In this document: in pieces, positions 8,929 through 15,851 of the stretch
Numbering within the stretch: the first letter of the stretch is position 1
Layout: each line of letters starts with the position of its first letter
DNA from: Candidatus Saccharimonadota bacterium
GTDB lineage: Bacteria; Patescibacteriota; Patescibacteriia; 2-12-FULL-60-25
Assembly: GCA_016699205.1 (NCBI GenBank)
Contig: CP064964.1
Coordinates: 240,001 to 272,000 of the forward strand
DNA: 32,000 bases
Direction: 5' to 3'
Notes under the pieces: generated by a model
The model's input: only the letters and a program-made list of their open reading frames with translations
Databases searched by the model: none
Told to the model about the DNA's origin: nothing
Made by a program: the position numbers and the translations under genes

Positions 8929-10026
8929 TTATGGCGCGAGCTCGAGCAATTTTGAGCGCGTCGCCGGACCAACCACTCCATACCCCGAATTTCCGGCTTT
9001 GGCAATACCTTGATCCACCTGGAACTTCTGAATGGCCGCTCGGGTTACGGGGCCAAAATAGCCGCTTAATGGCTTGATATTAAGCGCTTCTTGTACCCAA
9101 CGGACGTCTTCTCCTGTCATGCCTAGCACAAGGCTGCGAGCCGGTACCGGGTATTGGCTAGCCTTTTTGAAATGCTCTTCATCGGACCAAGCCCATTCCG
9201 CCAAGCGCTTCGCCGAGTCCATCGCAGCCTGCGTCGACTTGGAACCGAGTACAACGACAATCACGTCCCTTTTTTCTACTTTGGATTTTCCATCCGCAGC
9301 CAGTGGAGACATCTGAGCAGCGTAGTTGTACATCGACTCGGGCAGATACCCGGTTTTTCCGCCCACAAGATAGACATCCGGATCAGCGAGCAGCGGTGCA
9401 TTCGTATTTTTAATCGTATGTGTATTCGTGCTTCCGGCAAGCGTGAACGTGTATGTTCCACTTTGTGATGCACTGACGACTTTTTTCTGCTTGAATGCAT
9501 CGCGAGCGATCAGGGCCATGTCACGAGCTGTCGTCATGTTTTTTGGATTCATGCCGGACGGATCAAAAAACTTGGACGATACGGCCCCGATCGCTTTTGC
9601 CTTGGCATTCATCTTGGCAACGAAACTCGATACGCCCGGTCCGGCAAAACGCGCGATCGCGGTTGCGGCGTTGTTAGCACTCGAACCGATGGCGGATTGC
9701 CAGAGGTCGGCCAAGATGACGCGCGAACCGGCGGAAACGCGCAGACGCCCGCCGCCGACCTCGTCAGCCGAAGACATTTTTACTGCCGTGCCCCAATTCC
9801 AATTTTTATCGAGCATGACGAGCGCCATCATGAGCTTGGTCAAGCTTGCTGCCGTATGCGGTGCGTCAGGCTTGAAGCTATACAAAATCTTTCCATCCGG
9901 ACGCATCACAACGGCAGAAGCGAACTCGTTGGGAACCGGGACATACTCGGATGCATAGGCAATAGATCCTGCTCCTTGGAGCAGGATTACCATAGCGCAA
10001 GCAAGCGCAAAAATATGTCGTTTCAT
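8929..10026 (-). CDS. secreted D-alanyl-D-alanine carboxypeptidase (S11 PBP) with a C-terminal peptidoglycan-binding domain
   Basis: Signal peptide MKRHIFALACAMVILLQGAGSIAYA. SxxK motif (ASLTKLM), an SGMN SxN-like motif and KTG (GGKTGY) are present. The C-terminal GEDVRWVQEALNIKPLSGYFGPVTRAAIQKFQVDQGI is a PG_binding_1-type repeat. Confidence 0.82.
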   Translation of the reverse strand: MKRHIFALACAMVILLQGAGSIAYASEYVPVPNEFASAVVMRPDGKILYSFKPDAPHTAASLTKLMMALVMLDKNWNWGTAVKMSSADEVGGGRLRVSAGSRVILADLWQSAIGSSANNAATAIARFAGPGVSSFVAKMNAKAKAIGAVSSKFFDPSGMNPKNMTTARDMALIARDAFKQKKVVSASQSGTYTFTLAGSTNTHTIKNTNAPLLADPDVYLVGGKTGYLPESMYNYAAQMSPLAADGKSKVEKRDVIVVVLGSKSTQAAMDSAKRLAEWAWSDEEHFKKASQYPVPARSLVLGMTGEDVRWVQEALNIKPLSGYFGPVTRAAIQKFQVDQGIAKAGNSGYGVVGPATRSKLLELAP

Positions 10027-10029
10027 TCT

Positions 10030-10683
10030 TTATTTTTCAATGATAATTCTTGTTCCTACTGGCGCCCAGTCATACATCTCCTTGGCAGCGCCTATGCCCA
10101 TACGCACGCAGCCGTGGCTTGCTGGCTTTCCGAGATGACTTGCTCCCTCTTTTTTTCCGCCCGGCCACTCAGGCAGCTCGTGTAAGCCGTGGCCGCGCGT
10201 TGTGAAAGCCATCCAAAATGGCATCCAAAGTTTTGCGCTTTTTGACCAGGCGCGCGGGTACTTGTTCAGAACCTTAAATTCTCCTACCGGCGTCGGCGTG
10301 CTTGCAAGACCGCTCGAAACTTTAAATGCCTTGACCGCAACACCACCAACGCGCTTCTCCATCGTCTGTGTTTTAAGTTTAATAAAAATGGATTTTTCCA
10401 AACGGATCGGCTCAGAACTTGTTGGCGAGTAGGCCATCAAAATTTCGAGGCCATCTTCAAAACTGTCGCCATCCGTATCTTTATTATGAATATCGGTTCC
10501 AAACTTTCTCTCGTGTATATCCAAAAGACCATCACTATCCGTATCGAGCGTATCTGGCGTAGAAGTAGCCGCGTGCGTCGGTAGCGCAACAACAAGTAGC
10601 GTCGCGCTAAGCAAGAGCCAGAACCACGAGCGCCAAGACCAGGCGGTAGATGACGAAGCCGTCGTAACGGTGTTTGGCAACAT
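10030..10683 (-). CDS. L,D-transpeptidase (YkuD family) with N-terminal Asp-rich calcium-binding-like repeats
   Basis: YkuD catalytic motif HGLHELPEW...GKPASHGCVRM. DTDSDGLLD and DTDGDSFED are DxDxDG-like motifs. The signal peptide starts from the ATG at 10683; the longer ORF to 10746 begins with TTG. Confidence 0.8.
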   Translation of the reverse strand: MLPNTVTTASSSTAWSWRSWFWLLLSATLLVVALPTHAATSTPDTLDTDSDGLLDIHERKFGTDIHNKDTDGDSFEDGLEILMAYSPTSSEPIRLEKSIFIKLKTQTMEKRVGGVAVKAFKVSSGLASTPTPVGEFKVLNKYPRAWSKSAKLWMPFWMAFTTRGHGLHELPEWPGGKKEGASHLGKPASHGCVRMGIGAAKEMYDWAPVGTRIIIEK

Positions 10684-11395
10684 AAGAGACAAGGAAACGA
10701 ATGGCGAATAGGCCAAAGCCGAGCGCCGAGATAAAACCGACGACAAGCGCGATCACTTGATCCGCGGCGATCCCCTGCTTGGTCACACTGATGAGACCGT
10801 GAAGTCCGGCAGCAGCTGTGACCGGAATCGAAAGGAAGAATGAGAAGCGCGCGGCAGCCTGACGCGTCAAACCTGCAAGCAGCCCGGCGGTAATCGTGAT
10901 ACCCGAACGGCTGGTACCTGGGAACAAAGCGAGTGGCTGAGCAAAGCCGACAGCCAATGCCTGCGTCCATGATACCGATTCATACGCATCTAGGCGACTT
11001 TTCTTGCCCTCGCTCCATCGATCAGCACCAAACAAGATGAGACCAAAAAATACAAGATCAAAAGCGACAATCCAACCTTGGCGGACATTTGCCTCGATCC
11101 AATCGTTCGCAAAGAATGCGATGATGAGGGCTGGAAGCGTTGCGACGACGACTTTCAACATGAATCCCCAAGCTTTTTTTCGAAACAAGCCGACAATATC
11201 TTCACGGAAGAACCAAAGCAGAGCGACAAGCGTACCGAGATGCAAAACCGTATCAAACGCGAGACCCTGGTCTGGCCAGCGCAGTAATACCGGAACGAGA
11301 ATCAAGTGACCGCTGGATGAAATCGGAAAAAACTCCGCCAAGCCTTGTACCGCTCCGAGCACGAAGCCGCGGACCACATCGAACAGCGTATTCAT
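10607..11395 (-). CDS. uppP: undecaprenyl-diphosphate phosphatase
   Basis: LGAVQGLAEFFPISSSGHLIL and PGTSRSGITITAGL are the two BacA/UppP signature motifs. The protein is polytopic and hydrophobic. Confidence 0.92.
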   Translation of the reverse strand: MNTLFDVVRGFVLGAVQGLAEFFPISSSGHLILVPVLLRWPDQGLAFDTVLHLGTLVALLWFFREDIVGLFRKKAWGFMLKVVVATLPALIIAFFANDWIEANVRQGWIVAFDLVFFGLILFGADRWSEGKKSRLDAYESVSWTQALAVGFAQPLALFPGTSRSGITITAGLLAGLTRQAAARFSFFLSIPVTAAAGLHGLISVTKQGIAADQVIALVVGFISALGFGLFAIRFLVSYVAKHRYDGFVIYRLVLALVVLALA

Positions 11396-11397
11396 AT

Positions 11398-13551
11398 CTA
11401 CGTATCAAACATGATGCGCTCGCCCGGAGCAACGGAACGACTTGGCGACGAAGAAGGCTGCGGCGAAGGAGCGCTTGGTGCAGCTGAACCATTTTCTGGT
11501 TTTCCGCTACCAGAGCGTCGGCGTCGGCGTTTCTTTTTTTCACCTTCTGATGAAGAAGCGGCTACAGGAGCTAGCGCCGAAGTTGGACGCGGAGGAATGG
11601 TCCCAGCGCGTTTTTCCAGCGATTGTTTATGCATGTCTACAGCACCGCCTTTGGCTTTTAAGATTTCCGTCAGCAAATCTTCCTCTTCTGGTACTTGTGA
11701 AGCAGGGACGACTTGAATCTTGGAAGCTTGTGCCGGCTCTTGAACCAAGCGAGGACGATTTGGTGCGACATTGCGCGGCGCAAAACCAGATTCGCCGACT
11801 TCTGCCTCCCCTACTCCTTCAAGCGGGACTGGAGCGCGCTTGGCCGACTTGAAACCGCTCGACTTGTTCTTGCGTTCTTCTGCGATAATCGGACGGCACT
11901 CGGCGCAATAAACAGGACGTGATGTATCGAGCTGAATGGCGAGCTCGAATTTTTTGCCGCATCGATCACAGGTGTGAGCAAAGGCTGGGCGCTTCTTTTG
12001 CTGCTGAGGAATGCTTGCCTGAATAGCCGCCAAACGCTCGGGACGGATCGTCAGATATTCCGAAGCATCGCCCTGATGCTCGAGATCGGACATGGTTTCT
12101 TTCACGGTTTCTTTGGCTGCCTGCTCCTCTTCCGTCATGATCGCTGGATACTGGATGGTTGGCGCGGTTCCAAGCGGACCTTCCTGAGTGACAGGCGTTG
12201 AAGTTGTCGCTACAAGAGTTGCTGGTGAAAGAGTACCGCCGCCAGCAGGCGTCGTTTCCATGCCGGCCCATTTCAATACTTTTTCTTCAATCACCGGACG
12301 AGGCTCGGCGTAACGCTCGCGGCTTACCGCGACGACTTTAGCCTGGCTGTCCGTACGCGCCGCGATCGGCGGGAGTGTGTTGGCGGAGAAGGGCGGCGTC
12401 GCAACACCATCGACCATGAGCTTGAGGTAGATTTGGAATTTTGTGATGTTGACCAAATCTTCCGGCGTAAAGGTCGGAGCAAATTCCGTTTCCATGGCGA
12501 GCGCATCAGCTGCACCGACGCGCATCGCGATAATTGTTCCGACGTTACCGAAAATAGCAGCAGCAACTTCTTCCTCCAATTGCTCAATATATTGATGCGC
12601 GACGATCAAATTCAAACGGAACTTGCGCGCCTCAGACAGAATCGCGGCAAATGACTCGTTAGCGAAGTTTTGGAATTCGTCGACGTAGAAGTAGAAATCT
12701 TTACGCTCCTTCTCCGGCATGTTCTGACGCTCTTGGGCTGCAAGCTGAATCTTGGTGACGATCATTCCACCAAGCAAACGCATGTTATCTTCACCAATAC
12801 GGCCCTTGGAGAGGTTGACGATAAGAATTTTTTCATCGTCCATGATGCGGCGCAGATTGATGGTCGACTTTACCTGCGCGACGATGTTACGAATGACAGA
12901 GGACGATAAAAATTGTCCAACTTTGTTTTGAACTGGCGCGATGGCTTCTGTCGCGTATTTCTCCGACCAAGAAGCAAATTCTGCAATCCAAAATGTTTTG
13001 ACGATCGGATCGCGGATTTTGGCGACGACGCGTGCACGATAGTCCTTATCGACCAAGAGACGGTTGATGCCGAGCAAGGTAGCTCCCGGATAATCAAGAA
13101 GCGCGAGTACGCAGTTCATCAAAATGTACTCCATGCGAGCACTCCAAACGTCCGGCCAAATCTTTTTGAAAACGCCCATCAAACCGGAAGCGATCAATGG
13201 CTTCTGGTCATCGTTATCTGTTTCAAGAATGTTGAAACCGACAGGAAAATCCGTGTCAGCCGGGTTGAAGTAGATGAGATCGTTAATGCGGTTTGGCGGA
13301 ATGAAGTCGAGGAGTTTCTCGGCCGTGTCTCCGTGAGGATCGATCAAACAGCAGCCATGACCCTTGATAATATCGGACAAGATAAGACTTTCGATGAGCG
13401 TCGTCTTACCCATACCGGTTTTACCGATGATGTACATGTGGCGACGACGGTCATCGGTCTTGATTCCAAAACGGCGCTTGGCATTTCTAAAATTCGTTTC
13501 CGCGAAGAACGTAATATGCTCAAGGTGATCCTGACAATTTGCTGATGCCAT
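11398..13551 (-). CDS. TraD/VirD4-like (type IV coupling protein / HerA-FtsK class) P-loop ATPase, soluble, with a C-terminal CxxC-x17-CxxC zinc ribbon and a disordered basic tail
   Basis: Walker A YIIGKTGMGKTTL. Walker B FYFYVDEFQNF. VAHQY is sensor-like. No TM segment. The zinc ribbon is CDRCGKKFELAIQLDTSRPVYCAEC. The tail contains EGEKKKRRRRRSGSG. Confidence 0.75.
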   Translation of the reverse strand: MASANCQDHLEHITFFAETNFRNAKRRFGIKTDDRRRHMYIIGKTGMGKTTLIESLILSDIIKGHGCCLIDPHGDTAEKLLDFIPPNRINDLIYFNPADTDFPVGFNILETDNDDQKPLIASGLMGVFKKIWPDVWSARMEYILMNCVLALLDYPGATLLGINRLLVDKDYRARVVAKIRDPIVKTFWIAEFASWSEKYATEAIAPVQNKVGQFLSSSVIRNIVAQVKSTINLRRIMDDEKILIVNLSKGRIGEDNMRLLGGMIVTKIQLAAQERQNMPEKERKDFYFYVDEFQNFANESFAAILSEARKFRLNLIVAHQYIEQLEEEVAAAIFGNVGTIIAMRVGAADALAMETEFAPTFTPEDLVNITKFQIYLKLMVDGVATPPFSANTLPPIAARTDSQAKVVAVSRERYAEPRPVIEEKVLKWAGMETTPAGGGTLSPATLVATTSTPVTQEGPLGTAPTIQYPAIMTEEEQAAKETVKETMSDLEHQGDASEYLTIRPERLAAIQASIPQQQKKRPAFAHTCDRCGKKFELAIQLDTSRPVYCAECRPIIAEERKNKSSGFKSAKRAPVPLEGVGEAEVGESGFAPRNVAPNRPRLVQEPAQASKIQVVPASQVPEEEDLLTEILKAKGGAVDMHKQSLEKRAGTIPPRPTSALAPVAASSSEGEKKKRRRRRSGSGKPENGSAAPSAPSPQPSSSPSRSVAPGERIMFDT

Positions 13552-13554
13552 AGA

Positions 13555-14895
13555 TTAGCCAAATGGGATATTGGCTGGGGCCTCGGACTTTTTGGCCTCG
13601 ATGCGGCGCAAGCCAGGAGCTTTGACCTGGATCAAAATCGGGAAATGCCAAAGCGTCGCCAATTCTTCCGAAGACATGAAAAACTTTGGCAAGCCAGACC
13701 AGCCGCTGCGGCTGCGGTATGCACGAACCATTTTGCTCTTGCGTTCATTGTTGCGGCGGTCCTTGAACCACCAAAGCGTACCGTTCACGCCGACTTTGGA
13801 AGACGGTTTCAACGCCTGCATATTGAAGGTATTCACCTGCTTGATCGAACCGATGAACGGTTGAACAGCTTTGGATTTTTTCATGACCTCTTTCTTGGCG
13901 ACATACAAGAAACGAATCTTGCAGTTGAATCCGATCTTGGACGCTTTGCGCTCAACTGCTTCAAGCACCAGACGCTCGCCTGGCGAGAGCTTGAGAATTT
14001 CCGGCGTACCGTCTTTCTTTTCTTCTTTACCTCCCCCTCCACCTAATGCTGAACCTAAAATCAAATTAGCGATCTCAAAAAACACATTTAACGGAACGCT
14101 CACTATTTGCTCCGCAAATGAAGGCTTGGGCGTTTCTTTAATACCCTTGATCTTCTTTACGAGAGATTCGGCGCGTTTACGGAAATCGCGCTGATCGGTT
14201 GGCTGGAGAATAATTTGATACCAAGCTTGCTCGCCAGGACCAAGACGGGAGAATGTTTCCAAAAATGCGGCCATCGGGCCTTTGAATTCACCCGAAACCT
14301 TATCCTCAAACTCCGTGTAGGTTTTGAGCGGGTACGGGTCTGGCATGACATTGGTCATTTCCGTACACCAGACATCCCACTCGTCATTAGGATATTCCGC
14401 CGGGACTTGGCGCGCGTAATCCTCGACTTCATCGATCTCTGCATCCGGATACTGTGCGTACACCGCCGCCTCAACAAGATCACGAAGGCCTTTTAGGCAA
14501 AAGATATAGTAACTAACCTGGCCGTCGATAGAGGCAATCTCAATCGACATGACGGCTTGCGACGCGCCCTGAAGCCAAGTCTCGGTCCAAGAAGGCGGAC
14601 TGTGGGCCCCGGCGAGCAAAGCAAAAAGGTTTTCAACAGCCTTTACGGTTTGTTCACTCGCCTTTGGAACGCTGATGCGGAGAAGGATCCACTCGCGCTT
14701 GGCCGCTGCTTTGTTTTGTACGTATTCCAGCCATCCGTTCTTGATCATGAACCAGAGCACCGGAATCAGTATAAGCCAGCCTCCGCTCAGAAACAGATAA
14801 ATCATGGCAGAAAATGGATCATTTCCGGCCACGTTTAAGAACGCGTCGACATTAAAATTGAGGAACGGCAAGTAGCCGATGTATTCCTCGAACAT
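13555..14895 (-). CDS. hypothetical membrane-anchored protein, partner of the TraD-like ATPase
   Basis: The N-proximal hydrophobic segment FSAMIYLFLSGGWLILIPVLWFMI is followed by about 380 aa of unassigned sequence. The stop lies 3 nt before the ATPase start. The start is placed at the ATG at 14893-14895, downstream of the secF terminator. Confidence 0.6.
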   Translation of the reverse strand: MFEEYIGYLPFLNFNVDAFLNVAGNDPFSAMIYLFLSGGWLILIPVLWFMIKNGWLEYVQNKAAAKREWILLRISVPKASEQTVKAVENLFALLAGAHSPPSWTETWLQGASQAVMSIEIASIDGQVSYYIFCLKGLRDLVEAAVYAQYPDAEIDEVEDYARQVPAEYPNDEWDVWCTEMTNVMPDPYPLKTYTEFEDKVSGEFKGPMAAFLETFSRLGPGEQAWYQIILQPTDQRDFRKRAESLVKKIKGIKETPKPSFAEQIVSVPLNVFFEIANLILGSALGGGGGKEEKKDGTPEILKLSPGERLVLEAVERKASKIGFNCKIRFLYVAKKEVMKKSKAVQPFIGSIKQVNTFNMQALKPSSKVGVNGTLWWFKDRRNNERKSKMVRAYRSRSGWSGLPKFFMSSEELATLWHFPILIQVKAPGLRRIEAKKSEAPANIPFG

Positions 14896-14901
14896 AAGAC
14901 C

Positions 14902-14910
14902 ATTATAGCA
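14902..14910 (-). promoter_or_regulatory. extended -10 promoter element (TGcTATAAT), possibly giving a leaderless transcript
   Basis: The minus strand reads gttgTGcTATAATggtcttATG. TATAAT is a perfect match with a TG extension. The A of the ATG is the 7th nt after the -10. No convincing -35. Confidence 0.4.
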
Positions 14911-14915
14911 CAACA

Positions 14916-14943
14916 AAAAATCCCCCGCATCCGGGGGATTTTT
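14916..14943 (-). terminator. rho-independent terminator after secF (A-tract/T-tract flanked, potentially bidirectional)
   Basis: aaaaatccccc / gcatcc / gggggattttt forms an 11-12 bp stem starting 1 nt after the secF TAA. Confidence 0.7.
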
Positions 14944-14944
14944 C

Positions 14945-15847
14945 TTATTTTTTGAAGCGTTGTCCGAGCTTATCAATGGTGATAAGCAGCGGGGATGCAA
15001 TCAACATGGAGGCGAAGGTACCGACCGTGATACCCACGATCAATGGAAGCGTGAATTCATCCAACGTATCCCCACCGTAGAGGAAGATCGCGACCAAGGT
15101 GAGCAAGGTGGCCATCGAGTTAGTAATGGAACGGACGAATGTCTGACGAATGGACATTTCCACGATTTCCTTGAATGTTCCTTTGGCTTTTTGGAGGTTT
15201 TCACGGATGCGGTCCATGACAACGATGGTGTCCGTAATCGAGTAACCAATAATGGTCAGGATGGCGGCAACGAACGGCGTACCGATCTCGATACCGTACT
15301 GGTGACCCAAGAAGGCGTAGAGTCCGAGCGGAATCAAGACAACGAAACCGGAAGCCAAGATTGTGACGACACCGTACTTCCAAGATTCAACAGGGGCTGA
15401 GACTCCGCGGAAAGCGTAGGCAATGTAGATCAGAATCGCCAAAAGGGAGATTCCGAGACCGTTCAATGCTTTGGAGCGGATTTCATAACCGATCGAAGGA
15501 CCAATGGCGTCGTAGCGGAGCTCGGTGACTTCACCGAAGCGTTCGCGGAGGCTGGTCAAAATCGCCTGATGCTTTTCTTCCGAGACGGTTTTCAAACGGA
15601 ACTGGATATCTTTTTCACCAGCCGGCTGAATCACGATGGAACCGAGATCATCGGCGACATTGCGCAAAGCGGCGTCAGCATCGGCGATGGAAGGGCGCGT
15701 TTCAAAGCGAACAGCCATCAAGGTACCTCCGGTGAATTCAATCCCCTGCTTCAAGCCCCAGGCAAAAAGCATGACAAGCGATGCGAGTGCGAGGGCGCCG
15801 GCGATCGCGTACCAGGCTGGGCGAAGATTTACGAGCGTTGTTTTCAT
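14945..15847 (-). CDS. secF: protein translocase subunit SecF
   Basis: GIEFTGGT is followed by six hydrophobic helices, then YSITDTIVVMDRIREN. The start at MKTTLVNLRPAWY (ATG 15845-15847) lies 4 nt after the secD stop. Confidence 0.9.
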   Translation of the reverse strand: MKTTLVNLRPAWYAIAGALALASLVMLFAWGLKQGIEFTGGTLMAVRFETRPSIADADAALRNVADDLGSIVIQPAGEKDIQFRLKTVSEEKHQAILTSLRERFGEVTELRYDAIGPSIGYEIRSKALNGLGISLLAILIYIAYAFRGVSAPVESWKYGVVTILASGFVVLIPLGLYAFLGHQYGIEIGTPFVAAILTIIGYSITDTIVVMDRIRENLQKAKGTFKEIVEMSIRQTFVRSITNSMATLLTLVAIFLYGGDTLDEFTLPLIVGITVGTFASMLIASPLLITIDKLGQRFKK

Positions 15848-15851
15848 AAGA

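Noticed and set aside
10437-10970. 177-aa minus ORF in an alternative frame across the uppP / L,D-transpeptidase junction
   Set aside because: It is Cys/Arg-rich nonsense-like sequence, fully contained within two well-supported genes in other frames.
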